A stretch of 50,925 nt of DNA from UHGV virus genome UHGV-1370083. One strand, given 5' to 3'. The DNA is from a virus. Shown in pieces: positions 18,300 through 27,019 of this stretch. Under the pieces are notes generated by a model. The model searched no databases. It saw only the letters and a list, made by a program, of their open reading frames with translations, and was not told the DNA's origin. Numbering within the stretch: the first letter of the stretch is position 1; the number at the start of each line of letters is the position of its first letter. Made by a program: the position numbers and the translations under genes.

Positions 18300-18309
18300 C
18301 TCCCTCCGG

Positions 18310-18340
18310 CAGGGCACTTATCATTGCGGTAGGTGCCCTG
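18310..18340. terminator. Stable hairpin (8-bp stem CAGGGCAC/GTGCCCTG, 15-nt loop) with no U-run; a possible terminator or processing site.
   Basis: Perfect stem read from the sequence. It lies between the transcription unit ending at 18299 and the gene at 18390. Confidence 0.25.
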
Positions 18341-18389
18341 ATATTAAAGGGCTTATATAAATATATTTGTATAGCGAGGTAAACATATT

Positions 18390-18635
18390 ATGACATATAC
18401 CACAGACCAGATAAACCAGATTGCAGGACCTCCCGCGTTACCGTCATGTTGCACTACTTATTGTGAGAAGTCACTTACTGGACGTATTTTGTTCGCAGTT
18501 GAGCGCATTGACGCAGACACTTGGAAGGACGTGACAATGCAGAAGCAGCTTGAGCAGCAGATACAAGAACAGCAGAGCATAATTAAGAGGGCTGCTAATA
18601 TTACAGACCTTGACAGAGGTACATTCGAATGGTAA
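18390..18635 (+). CDS. Hypothetical protein (81 aa).
   Basis: GCGAGGTAAACATATT before the ATG. Confidence 0.45.
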   Translation: MTYTTDQINQIAGPPALPSCCTTYCEKSLTGRILFAVERIDADTWKDVTMQKQLEQQIQEQQSIIKRAANITDLDRGTFEW

Positions 18636-18835
18636 AAGTCGTAGATGCAGATAAAATAAATTATCCGTATTGCAAAGCTTGGCCAACATTATTGGACCAC
18701 GTTCCAGTTAATGAAGCACTTGATGCAGGTTGGACAATTTGTAGCAATTGGATAAGTGAAGTACCTGAAGATGAGGTACGACATTTGGAAGATAACGAGG
18801 AAGAATACTATAAAATAATTAAGGAGTATAATTAA
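18629..18835 (+). CDS. Hypothetical protein (68 aa).
   Basis: AGAGGT before the ATG. It overlaps the previous gene by 7 nt. Confidence 0.4.
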   Translation: MVKVVDADKINYPYCKAWPTLLDHVPVNEALDAGWTICSNWISEVPEDEVRHLEDNEEEYYKIIKEYN

Positions 18836-18836
18836 A

Positions 18837-19106
18837 ATGAAATTTGATATTGTGAAATACATCAATAATGTATGCGAAGACTATTTGCAAGGTCGTCACA
18901 CAAAAGCATATACATTAAGCGCGATTGACTTGGCTCTTAACGAAGACTCTTGGCAACGTTTATGTGATGGCAAAGAAGTGGTTAGTGACCAAAGTGGTTA
19001 TTTTGATGACATTAAAGTAAACGGTGGTCTTGTTAAGGTTGGTAAGAAAACGTGGCGTGTGCACTCTGATTGGTGCATTGAAGATAAAACGGAGGATGAG
19101 GAATGA
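18837..19106 (+). CDS. Hypothetical protein (89 aa).
   Basis: TAAGGAGT before the ATG. Confidence 0.45.
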   Translation: MKFDIVKYINNVCEDYLQGRHTKAYTLSAIDLALNEDSWQRLCDGKEVVSDQSGYFDDIKVNGGLVKVGKKTWRVHSDWCIEDKTEDEE

Positions 19107-19414
19107 AACTTATATTGATTAACGATGATGGGACCGAGAGCATTAACAAAGAAGTTAAATTTGTTAGCTGCAGTTTTGTAACTGATGAAAACACAAGCAT
19201 AATCAATTCTTGGAATTGTAATGCTTATGACCAGCTCAAAGGTTATATGACGGTATGCGAACAATTTAAGAAATGTGAGAATGCTATTGGCCTTATCAAA
19301 GAGCTCAAAGCATTAGGCGAATGGGAAGAAGTTAAAAAAGAGCTTGAAGATGCATGTTATGAGCACTTAAACAACGACGGAAAAGTGATAAGCTTTCCGG
19401 GGAGGTTAAATTGA
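19103..19414 (+). CDS. Hypothetical Cys-containing protein (103 aa).
   Basis: ACGGAGGATGAGGA before the ATG. ATGA overlap with the previous gene. Confidence 0.45.
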   Translation: MKLILINDDGTESINKEVKFVSCSFVTDENTSIINSWNCNAYDQLKGYMTVCEQFKKCENAIGLIKELKALGEWEEVKKELEDACYEHLNNDGKVISFPGRLN

Positions 19415-19851
19415 GAGTAGTAGACGTAAGACTTCCTCGCGAATATTTGCAAATACTTGAAACTTATGGAACGTTATCAGATATTGCAAATAAAGCATTG
19501 GAAGAAATAAGTAAAGGTAATTTACCAGAAATTGCAGATATGCCGGCGCTTGGGTATAATGACTCACATTTTGCAAAGAAACTTGTAAGAGTTGAAAATG
19601 AAGACTATGAGACGCTCGTTGCAACTTATGGGACACACAGTTCACGTATTTCGTTGCGCAGATTATTTGTATATCTTGTAGAAAGTGAAACAATACAAAA
19701 TCTTGGGTTTATCCCTAAGCAAGCAACAAAAGAATATTGTAAAACCCACGAATATTGTATGCGAGTTATAAAAAGATTATATCAGCTTGCACCGGAAAAG
19801 TATATTGCACCTATTACAGAGATAATAGAAAAACTTAATACTTTATCATAA
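19411..19851 (+). CDS. Hypothetical protein (146 aa) with a probable TTG start.
   Basis: GGGGAGGTTAAA lies directly before the TTG at 19411. The next in-frame ATG is 43 codons downstream. Confidence 0.4.
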   Translation: MRVVDVRLPREYLQILETYGTLSDIANKALEEISKGNLPEIADMPALGYNDSHFAKKLVRVENEDYETLVATYGTHSSRISLRRLFVYLVESETIQNLGFIPKQATKEYCKTHEYCMRVIKRLYQLAPEKYIAPITEIIEKLNTLS

Positions 19852-19862
19852 GGAGAAAAGCA

Positions 19863-20684
19863 ATGAAGAACGTACTGTCAAAATTTAAAGTACGCATCAA
19901 TCGTAACCTAACAGGCGACCAAATATGCGAAGCCTTAGGGCAATCACTTGTGAACGTAGATAATGTATATAGTTACATATTATACGCAGACTACGATAAA
20001 CAAGGCTTAGTCGGGTTTCAAGTAGAGTTTCTTGTAAGCCAGACTGAAAGTTATAACACTATTTCACAGGAAGAAGTCATTGCTAATGCGGCAGCACAGA
20101 TGCTTAAGCAATTACGCAGTGAACAGCAAAGATATGTGATAGGTTATAAACAACCACCGCTCGATAAATTGTTAGAACTCTATGAACCATTAGTCCAGAA
20201 TCTTGCAATGAAGCAGCAACAATATTGGCAGCAGATGGAGTTCGAAGACTTATGTCAAATGTGCAGACTTTGTATTTGTACATTATATCAGGCTGGTTAT
20301 TATATTCACAAAGCTCTTATACAAAAAGCATTCTCAAATGAGGTGTTACTTAAGATACGTAAAGATAGGTATCACGAGCAACCACTATCATTAAATCGTC
20401 GTGTAAAGTATGATAATGAGAAAGTAGAGTTAATGGACTTAATACCTGACAACTCTATGGTTGAGGAAATACAGGAGCAGCAAGATAATGAGGATGCGCT
20501 TCGAATATTACAAGAGAAGCGAGACCTTATTATTGCAGAAGTTGGGCAACGACAATATGACCAGCTTGTTCGAGCTTATACATTTGGCAATACAGATGGT
20601 ATGAGTCGGCGATTAGTAAATAAACTTAAAAATAAGTTTGCACAACTTGGAATTACAGAGAACACATTTCAGAGGTATTTTTAA
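19863..20684 (+). CDS. Hypothetical protein (273 aa), Gln-rich, with a possible C-terminal helix-turn-helix. Candidate transcription regulator or sigma-like factor; very tentative.
   Basis: TAAGGAGAAAAGCA before the ATG. The C-terminal segment RQYDQLVRAYTFGNTDGMSRRLVNKLKNKF is HTH-like by eye only. Confidence 0.4.
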   Translation: MKNVLSKFKVRINRNLTGDQICEALGQSLVNVDNVYSYILYADYDKQGLVGFQVEFLVSQTESYNTISQEEVIANAAAQMLKQLRSEQQRYVIGYKQPPLDKLLELYEPLVQNLAMKQQQYWQQMEFEDLCQMCRLCICTLYQAGYYIHKALIQKAFSNEVLLKIRKDRYHEQPLSLNRRVKYDNEKVELMDLIPDNSMVEEIQEQQDNEDALRILQEKRDLIIAEVGQRQYDQLVRAYTFGNTDGMSRRLVNKLKNKFAQLGITENTFQRYF

Positions 20685-20927
20685 ATGAAAGAAAAGAAAC
20701 GCTTTTGGTTATATGATATTTACACACTGCAAGTAGATGGCCGCAAAGCTAAGCACCGCTTAGTATCTGACTATTGGATATTAAACGTCAATAAAAAGAA
20801 AGTTTTGACAGTTAAGTATGAGCAAGGTCCGGCCTATCGATATTGCATAGACACATTTGAAGACAAAAAGAAAGCAATAACTGAGATAAATCACTATATC
20901 AGAAACTTGCAATCGATGATATTTTAA
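20685..20927 (+). CDS. Hypothetical protein (80 aa).
   Basis: GAGGT before the ATG. Adjacent stop/start with the previous gene. Confidence 0.4.
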   Translation: MKEKKRFWLYDIYTLQVDGRKAKHRLVSDYWILNVNKKKVLTVKYEQGPAYRYCIDTFEDKKKAITEINHYIRNLQSMIF

Positions 20928-20937
20928 GGAGACAATT

Positions 20938-21330
20938 ATGGCTAAGTATAGAAAGAACACTGTTGTTATAAGATACAGAGGCGAAGAGTATGTATTTCAT
21001 TTCAGAACTATCGGTATGTCGTCACTTGATGTTGTATTGTATGAGCATGGTGACCCGTCTAAACAGCATCATATTGCATACTACAATTTTCGTGGTTGTC
21101 TTGTAGACGGTACATATCATATGTATTGGCAACTTGCAAAACATGTTGTAGATATGTATGTACGATATAAAGCAGGTTGTATATCTAAAGGTACGCTTGG
21201 TTCCGAAGAGCTTGATAAGATGCAGATTAAAGAGTTTGATTGTCAAGCTGTAGAAGATTATATTAAAACTATAAAAGGAGAAAATAAAGATGGAAGATTT
21301 GGTAACACGCAACAAAAGAGCAGAGCTTGA
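20938..21330 (+). CDS. Hypothetical protein (130 aa).
   Basis: TAAGGAGACAATT before the ATG. Confidence 0.45.
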   Translation: MAKYRKNTVVIRYRGEEYVFHFRTIGMSSLDVVLYEHGDPSKQHHIAYYNFRGCLVDGTYHMYWQLAKHVVDMYVRYKAGCISKGTLGSEELDKMQIKEFDCQAVEDYIKTIKGENKDGRFGNTQQKSRA

Positions 21331-21523
21331 GAAAGGATTGACACTTGCAGTTGACACACTCAACTTGGTGTGTAAAGGTTTTGCCACAATAAACAAAGAT
21401 GGTTCATACATATACACTGATGAATATTGTAGATATATTGCAGTGTTAAGTGAAGCACGCAAACAGTATCTTATTGCACAGCAAAAATTGGATAAGTTCG
21501 AGGAGGAGAACGACAATGACTGA
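21290..21523 (+). CDS. Hypothetical protein (77 aa).
   Basis: AAAAGGAGAAAATAAAG before the ATG. It overlaps the previous gene by 41 nt in another frame. Confidence 0.4.
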   Translation: MEDLVTRNKRAELEKGLTLAVDTLNLVCKGFATINKDGSYIYTDEYCRYIAVLSEARKQYLIAQQKLDKFEEENDND

Positions 21524-21824
21524 GATAGAAGAAGTTAAAACGCTACTTGCAGATATGAATAAGAAACTGGACAGAGTTATCTTGCAAAACAAAATTGCTA
21601 TGAATACAAAGTACGGTTCGCCCGTTAAACAAAACGAAGAACATGACAAAAATTGTATCAATATTATCAGATATAATGCAATAAGAGATTTCATTTACTT
21701 TGTGAAATGCAAAGAAGCTGGGGTGCATGCTCCAGTAATCAAAACTTTTGTAACGTCTTATGAACGTTTGTTAAAATCGTTGGAAGAGTTTGAATTCAAT
21801 GAAGCACACATGCAAGACTTGTAA
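21516..21824 (+). CDS. Hypothetical protein. Start revised to MTEIEEVK, giving about 102 aa.
   Basis: GAGGAGGAGAACGACA before the ATG at 21516. ATGACTGA overlap with the previous gene. Confidence 0.4.
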   Translation: MTEIEEVKTLLADMNKKLDRVILQNKIAMNTKYGSPVKQNEEHDKNCINIIRYNAIRDFIYFVKCKEAGVHAPVIKTFVTSYERLLKSLEEFEFNEAHMQDL

Positions 21825-21859
21825 ATAGCACATCAAATTAAACAAGGAGAATAATTAAA

Positions 21860-22099
21860 ATGTATAAATATTATGAATATGGCACTGTAGAATATTACGA
21901 CCAAGAACTTACAAAAGCAATGAATAACTTGCGCATGGCTGCCAAAGGTTTTGCGTCGCTGGTTAAAGATGATACACCGATTGGTAAAATTGACCAGTAT
22001 GCAGACGCTTTACATGATGCTGCATTAAGTTATGAAGCAGCACTTAGAAATTGGGATGAGTGTACAAGTCGTGAGGAGAGTAGCAATGATAACGCATAA
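21860..22099 (+). CDS. Hypothetical protein (79 aa).
   Basis: CAAGGAGAATAATTAAA before the ATG. Confidence 0.45.
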   Translation: MYKYYEYGTVEYYDQELTKAMNNLRMAAKGFASLVKDDTPIGKIDQYADALHDAALSYEAALRNWDECTSREESSNDNA

Positions 22100-22229
22100 A
22101 TGTTCAAACTGTAAATTTTGTAAACAGTGCACTGAGACTGAGAAACGTTTAAGTGGTAAAGGCGCATTTTGTTACGACTATGAAGAGAAGGAGACAAGCA
22201 ATGAAAATAAAGACAACGGACAATCTTAA
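22086..22229 (+). CDS. Small Cys-rich protein (about 47 aa; CSNCKFCKQC...C), a possible zinc finger.
   Basis: GTGAGGAGAGTAGCA before the ATG at 22086. The ORF-track ORF 22032..22229 is truncated to this RBS-supported start. Confidence 0.35.
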   Translation: MITHKCSNCKFCKQCTETEKRLSGKGAFCYDYEEKETSNENKDNGQS

Positions 22230-22413
22230 GCCTTGCCCATTTTGCGGTGGTCAAGCAGTAGTACAAGAGATGCGCTACAGTATGCTACAAAGCGAGAATT
22301 TTGTAAAATGCGTAAATTGTGGAGCAGAAAGTTCTCGATATTATGACGACGCGCACAGTGCTATAAACGCTTGGAATAGGAGGGTTGATAATGAAAGCAA
22401 CCATCAAAGATAA
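22201..22413 (+). CDS. Lar-like zinc-ribbon protein (about 70 aa), a candidate restriction-alleviation or anti-restriction protein.
   Basis: N-terminal LKPCPFCGG followed by CVNCG, the pattern of Lar-type restriction alleviation proteins. GAAGGAGACAAGCA before the ATG at 22201. Confidence 0.4.
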   Translation: MKIKTTDNLKPCPFCGGQAVVQEMRYSMLQSENFVKCVNCGAESSRYYDDAHSAINAWNRRVDNESNHQR

Positions 22414-22585
22414 AATGTGCGAAACAGTTATAACTCTTAAAAATGTTAAAAATGTTAAAAGTGTTAAGCATGAAGGCAATAGCATACATGTATTATACAC
22501 AGATATGGAAGTGATTTTGCCAGAAGAACGATACATTGTAAGGGAGGTAAAAGATGAAAACAATACTCAAAGTAGCAACCGTTAA
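22391..22585 (+). CDS. Hypothetical protein. Start revised to an ATG, giving about 64 aa.
   Basis: AATAGGAGGGTTGATA before the ATG at 22391. Confidence 0.35.
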   Translation: MKATIKDKMCETVITLKNVKNVKSVKHEGNSIHVLYTDMEVILPEERYIVREVKDENNTQSSNR

Positions 22586-22787
22586 AGTTTTTGATAAAGA
22601 CTTTGAAGAATGGGAAACGCATGGTAACGTGACAGCAGTTATTGAGCAGGCAGATACTGTTATATTTTTATATACTGATGGTATGTGGTCGATGCTTAGC
22701 AAAATGCGTTTTGATATAAATCAGCCAGTTTGGAAAAAATATACCGCAACATTGGAGGAAGTAAATAATGTCGCATTCAAACAGTAG
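22554..22787 (+). CDS. Hypothetical protein (77 aa).
   Basis: AAGGGAGGTAAAAG before the ATG. Confidence 0.4.
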   Translation: MKTILKVATVKVFDKDFEEWETHGNVTAVIEQADTVIFLYTDGMWSMLSKMRFDINQPVWKKYTATLEEVNNVAFKQ

Positions 22788-23796
22788 TCTTAATTGTTTT
22801 GCAAGTTGTATGCAAAAATATAACCAAAATTATATCTTGCATAATCAGCCTGCAACTATCAGTCCACATCTTACCTTTGGTACAATGGCTCATGAAGTAT
22901 TATACAACGCAGGTAAGTTACGAGATGATAGTGACGATGGAGTAATCAATCCAGATGATTATTACAGAGTCATTCCGAGTGAAGTATTATATCCTGAATT
23001 AAAGTCAGCATTTAATATTAACTCGTGGGACCTGTACTTTAAAGCAGCTATCAAACAAGTTGTGCAGTACGAGAAGGAATGTTGCAAAGAATTAAGTGAC
23101 TATGACAAAGCATCAGGTATAGGCGATGGTTCTTATGAGATTGAACGAGAACTTAAGTTGCAGTTAACTGTGGACCAGCTTAAACAGCTTGGTGAGTATG
23201 GTATTGACCAACCTTTTGTAGGTATCATCGACTTGCTTATTCATAGTAAAACATCTGCAATTATCTTGGACTACAAATTTAGTTCAGCTCGTAAGAGTCA
23301 AGAGGACTTTGATAACAATAGTCAGCTTCCATTGTATGCATTGTTTGTGCATATATTGTATGACATTCCGCTTCAGAATATTCAGTATGGTTACATTGAT
23401 ATTCCAAAACAAATGTTTGAGATGCCTGCACTATTAAAAAATGGCACATTGTCTCGGTCAAAAGCTCAGAACTGTTCAGCAGAAATGTATAAAGCAGCTG
23501 TTGAAGCAGTGCATGGTGCTGACCCGTATTATAATTGTAATGCAGGTGGCTATTACGAAGAAGCTTATAACTCATTTGCTTTGAATAAAGCTGCATATTT
23601 GTCGAAACAGTATCTTGACTTAGAAATTTATGAGCATATTATAAGAGAGTTGTTTGATACAGCAAAGACAATTGATATGTTCAAAGCAAAGAATTTACCT
23701 TTCTTGAGAAAATTTGATAGCTACTCTTGCAAAGGTTGTGAATACAAAAATACTTGCAAACCTTGGTTAGCTCAGGTTTGGAATGAGGAGGTATAA
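22768..23796 (+). CDS. PD-(D/E)xK nuclease of the RecB/Cas4 type with a four-Cys cluster (342 aa).
   Basis: IGIIDLLIH...AIILDYKFS matches the RecB nuclease motifs (ID ... hhDYK). One N-terminal Cys (CFASC) plus C-terminal CKGCEYKNTC fit a Cas4-like Fe-S arrangement. TTGGAGGAAGTAAATA before the ATG. Confidence 0.6.
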   Translation: MSHSNSSLNCFASCMQKYNQNYILHNQPATISPHLTFGTMAHEVLYNAGKLRDDSDDGVINPDDYYRVIPSEVLYPELKSAFNINSWDLYFKAAIKQVVQYEKECCKELSDYDKASGIGDGSYEIERELKLQLTVDQLKQLGEYGIDQPFVGIIDLLIHSKTSAIILDYKFSSARKSQEDFDNNSQLPLYALFVHILYDIPLQNIQYGYIDIPKQMFEMPALLKNGTLSRSKAQNCSAEMYKAAVEAVHGADPYYNCNAGGYYEEAYNSFALNKAAYLSKQYLDLEIYEHIIRELFDTAKTIDMFKAKNLPFLRKFDSYSCKGCEYKNTCKPWLAQVWNEEV

Positions 23797-24026
23797 TGAA
23801 ACAGTTATTTAATTTTTACTTAGAAGACAGCGATAAGAAAGCAGCAATGGAAAAGCTTAAACGTTTAAAAGGTGATAATAGTAAAGGTCAGCTCGCAGCA
23901 TATTTAAGAGTTATGATTAAATTGTTTATTGCTACACCCGACGAAAAAGTAAATAAAGATATACTTGACGCAGTGGATGCAGAGTATGTATATAACACAT
24001 ATAAAAATAAAAGGAGTTACTTATGA
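23796..24026 (+). CDS. Hypothetical protein (76 aa).
   Basis: GAGGAGGTATA before the ATG. ATGA coupling with the upstream gene. Confidence 0.4.
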   Translation: MKQLFNFYLEDSDKKAAMEKLKRLKGDNSKGQLAAYLRVMIKLFIATPDEKVNKDILDAVDAEYVYNTYKNKRSYL

Positions 24027-24283
24027 TTAACATTCTTGGTGTTACAAAAGATATTAAACCATGTTCACGTTGTAGTTGTTACACAATGGAGTATCGTGAA
24101 ATGGGTATACACATTGGAAAGTATTGTAAGAACTGTAATAAGTGGATAAAATGGGTAGCTCATAAAGAAGTTCCTGAAGAACTTGCTGCAAGAATTACTT
24201 CAAATAACGCAGCTGTTATTGAAGATATATGGGACAGCACAGACGAAGACGGCACAGATGAGGAGGATGCACCATGGTTTTAA
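24023..24283 (+). CDS. Zinc-ribbon protein (86 aa; CSRCSC...CKNCNKW).
   Basis: AAAAGGAGTTACTT before the ATG. Two CxxC pairs. Confidence 0.45.
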   Translation: MINILGVTKDIKPCSRCSCYTMEYREMGIHIGKYCKNCNKWIKWVAHKEVPEELAARITSNNAAVIEDIWDSTDEDGTDEEDAPWF

Positions 24284-25584
24284 CTCAACGATTAGATAAG
24301 CTTGATTATATTTGTAATAATTTATCAATAACGCCCTCGCTTAACGAAAAACGAGAAATTGTAGCGAGTATTCCTAATGAACTCAAAGATGATTTTAATT
24401 TTATTCTTGAGATACTTGCAGGCAAACACAAACTTGGTTATACATATACGTATGGACCAATTGATAATGTACAGCCTACAGAAGAGCAAATGAATATGAC
24501 GCTGCGTGAATATCTTGCGCCGTTGTGGGAGCCGCTTAAGCATAATGATTTAAGTAATGTTGTTACAAGTTATTACATGAGTAAATGTCGTGTGAAACAA
24601 TATTTTGTAAAGCAACTTGTTAACCGCGAATTGCGTTTAGGCATTGGTAATTCATTATTGTCTAAAGATGCTACCGCACCAATGCTTGCAAAGAAGTGGG
24701 ATGGCATCCTTGGAGCTTATGGTTCGCTATACGTAACTGAAAAGCTTGATGGTAATCGTTGCATTGCGTATCACGACGGACAACAGTGGATATACTTAAG
24801 CCGTAATGGTAAACAAAAACTTAATTACGATTTCGATATGAGTGGACTTCCTAAAGAATACGTTTATGATGGAGAAGTATTAAGTGCTGAACAGACACAA
24901 AACAGTGTTCAATTGTATAATTATATCAAAGGCGGTAGTAATATTAAACCTTTGTATACAAGTTTGTTTAGTAAAGCATCAGGTATTATGAATAGAAAAG
25001 GTATTCAGACCGGTTTAATTTACAATATTTTTGATGTGCAAATCGATGAGCCTTATTATAAGCGTAGAGCTTTGCTTGATACAATCGAAATGTATCTTAA
25101 GTCAAATACCGTACGCATTTTGCCTGTCCTCTGGGATGGTAACAATCCTAAAGCTATTGACCAACTTTGTGACTTGGTTACAAATTGTGGTGCTGAAGGA
25201 CTTATGATTAACAGACCGCAAGCAACTTATGAACATAAACGTACAAACGCATTGCTCAAATATAAGAAAAGTAAGACAATGGATATGCGAGTAAGCGACG
25301 TATTTGAAGGCACAGGCAAATATGAAGCTGCACTTGGTTCTATGTTATGTGTTGCGCAGTTACCAAATGGTGATTATATTAGCGCTAATGTAGGCACCGG
25401 CATAAGTGACGAACAGCGTTGTCAATGGTATATGCATCCAAACGATATTATTGGCAAAATTGTAGAAGTTGAGTACTTCGATATAAGCCAAAATAAGTCG
25501 GCTCTTGGAACTAATAGTTACTCATTAAGATTCCCGAGACTTAAGAAAGTAAGAACTGACAAAAACGATATAAGTATTTATTAA
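24274..25584 (+). CDS. ATP-dependent DNA ligase (436 aa).
   Basis: Nucleotidyltransferase motifs: I EKLDGNR (KxDGxR), IV AEGLMIN, V LLKYKKSK. GAGGAGGATGCACC before the ATG. Confidence 0.75.
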   Translation: MVLTQRLDKLDYICNNLSITPSLNEKREIVASIPNELKDDFNFILEILAGKHKLGYTYTYGPIDNVQPTEEQMNMTLREYLAPLWEPLKHNDLSNVVTSYYMSKCRVKQYFVKQLVNRELRLGIGNSLLSKDATAPMLAKKWDGILGAYGSLYVTEKLDGNRCIAYHDGQQWIYLSRNGKQKLNYDFDMSGLPKEYVYDGEVLSAEQTQNSVQLYNYIKGGSNIKPLYTSLFSKASGIMNRKGIQTGLIYNIFDVQIDEPYYKRRALLDTIEMYLKSNTVRILPVLWDGNNPKAIDQLCDLVTNCGAEGLMINRPQATYEHKRTNALLKYKKSKTMDMRVSDVFEGTGKYEAALGSMLCVAQLPNGDYISANVGTGISDEQRCQWYMHPNDIIGKIVEVEYFDISQNKSALGTNSYSLRFPRLKKVRTDKNDISIY

Positions 25585-25598
25585 AGGAGGTCCTAACT

Positions 25599-26207
25599 AT
25601 GGACGAAATTATTGTAAATGAAACCCCTATCTTTGACACAGATGCTGTTGAAATGCACTTTGCATCCTATGGTGTAAGTTTCAGCATCATCAAGAACGAG
25701 CATCTGCGAAACGCAGTGTTGAGGTATTTTGTAGATACTGTACCTCACTACTTCTGGCACGTACAAGCATCAAGCACAGGCAAGTATCATCCTGAGTACG
25801 CACTTGGTGAAGAAGGCTTGTTAAGACACACTTGTGCAGCAGTACGAATTGCAGCAGCAATCATTAACCTTGACCAGTATAATGGTATCTTTGATGACGT
25901 TGACAAAGACAATATAATTGTAGCACTTATGCTGCATGATACATTTAAGCATGGCGAAGAAAAAGATGGCAAATACAACCCGTACAGTATTCATGAGCAT
26001 CCGCTTCTTGCAGCTGATAAAGTTCGTGAGTGCTTAGATGATGAGCACAAATGTGTTATTGCAAATTGTATCGCATCTCACATGGGTGAATGGACTGAAA
26101 GCAACAGAAGTCATTATGTATTGCCTAAACCTAAAACGCTCGAAGAACAGATGGTTCATTTGTGTGACTATCTTGCATCGAGAAAGTTTTTGGAGTTTAA
26201 GTTTTAA
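25599..26207 (+). CDS. HD-domain phosphohydrolase (202 aa).
   Basis: H...HD signature (YHPEY...LRHTCAAV...LMLHDTFKHGEE). TAAAGGAGGTCCTAACT before the ATG. Confidence 0.55.
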   Translation: MDEIIVNETPIFDTDAVEMHFASYGVSFSIIKNEHLRNAVLRYFVDTVPHYFWHVQASSTGKYHPEYALGEEGLLRHTCAAVRIAAAIINLDQYNGIFDDVDKDNIIVALMLHDTFKHGEEKDGKYNPYSIHEHPLLAADKVRECLDDEHKCVIANCIASHMGEWTESNRSHYVLPKPKTLEEQMVHLCDYLASRKFLEFKF

Positions 26208-26218
26208 GTAACTATATC

Positions 26219-26314
26219 ATTGATTTTAATATATAATAATCATATCGATTATATTTATAAGATATTTTATCAGCCGATATTATAATTGATTGATATTATA
26301 TATTAAAAATCAAT
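26219..26314. repeat. Inverted pair of the 19-nt motif ATTGATTTTAATATATAAT (26219-26237) and its complement (26295-26314), with a 57-bp AT-rich spacer.
   Basis: Read directly. The same motif pair recurs at 45062-45142 and 50705-50786, and once at 35256-35274. Confidence 0.8.
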
Positions 26315-26349
26315 GAGAATAATTTCAGAGTGAAATAATTTTAAAAAAT

Positions 26350-26372
26350 TCGTATATATTATATATAGACGA
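26350..26372. promoter_or_regulatory. 23-bp palindromic element TCGTATATATTATATATAGACGA, the second copy of the element at 17503.
   Basis: 19 of 23 positions are identical to the 17503-17525 copy. It lies 20 nt upstream of the ATG at 26392 and directly upstream of the RBS. Confidence 0.45.
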
Positions 26373-26391
26373 AAAATTAAGGAGGTACTTT

Positions 26392-26646
26392 ATGGAGCAA
26401 GAAAGTATGGACAATAGACGCTTGATACTTGCCATTAGTTTTGATGAAAACAAGGGCACTTATGAAGTTAAGTTACCAGCAGGTAGTAATCTTGCAGAAG
26501 CCGCATTTGGTATTTCAGCATTTATCAAATGTTTGGTTCGAGACAAGGTTATTAAGACACCAACTGATTTCATCGAACAAATTCAGAAATACACGTTTGA
26601 TGTTCAGTACAAAGAATTGGAGGAAGAAAATGAAGACAAGTCTTAA
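26392..26646 (+). CDS. Hypothetical acidic protein (84 aa).
   Basis: TTAAGGAGGTACTTT before the ATG. Confidence 0.45.
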   Translation: MEQESMDNRRLILAISFDENKGTYEVKLPAGSNLAEAAFGISAFIKCLVRDKVIKTPTDFIEQIQKYTFDVQYKELEEENEDKS

Positions 26647-27019
26647 GAAAGGTTATATGGAAGACGCAGGTGCAGATATTATTTTGTCAGAACCAGTTAT
26701 TTTTAAATCTCACAAAATGACAATTGTAGACCTTGGTGCAATTTGTACACCTGCACCGGAATGTATGGGTTATCTTGTTGCAAGAACAAGTGCAGCAAAG
26801 AAAGGTTTGATGGTTCAATCTTGTCCGATTGACTCTTATTATGAAGGTCCGGTACATGCTATTGTATATAACGCTTCTGATGAAGATATTGTATACAAAG
26901 AAGATGAAGCATTTTGTCAGCTTGTAATTGTGCCGATTAAAACAATTCGCAATGTTCCTTGCAAAAGAGAAGGTCGCAGAAGTGATTCTTGTTTTGGAGG
27001 CACTGATGAAAAACATTAA
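26630..27019 (+). CDS. dut: dUTP diphosphatase (trimeric dUTPase). Start revised to MKTSLKKGY, giving about 129 aa.
   Basis: Motifs: DAGADI (I), ARTSAAKKG (II), PIDSYYEG (III), EAFCQLVIVP (IV), RSDSCFGGT (V). TTGGAGGAAGAAA before the ATG at 26630. Confidence 0.7.
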   Translation: MKTSLKKGYMEDAGADIILSEPVIFKSHKMTIVDLGAICTPAPECMGYLVARTSAAKKGLMVQSCPIDSYYEGPVHAIVYNASDEDIVYKEDEAFCQLVIVPIKTIRNVPCKREGRRSDSCFGGTDEKH

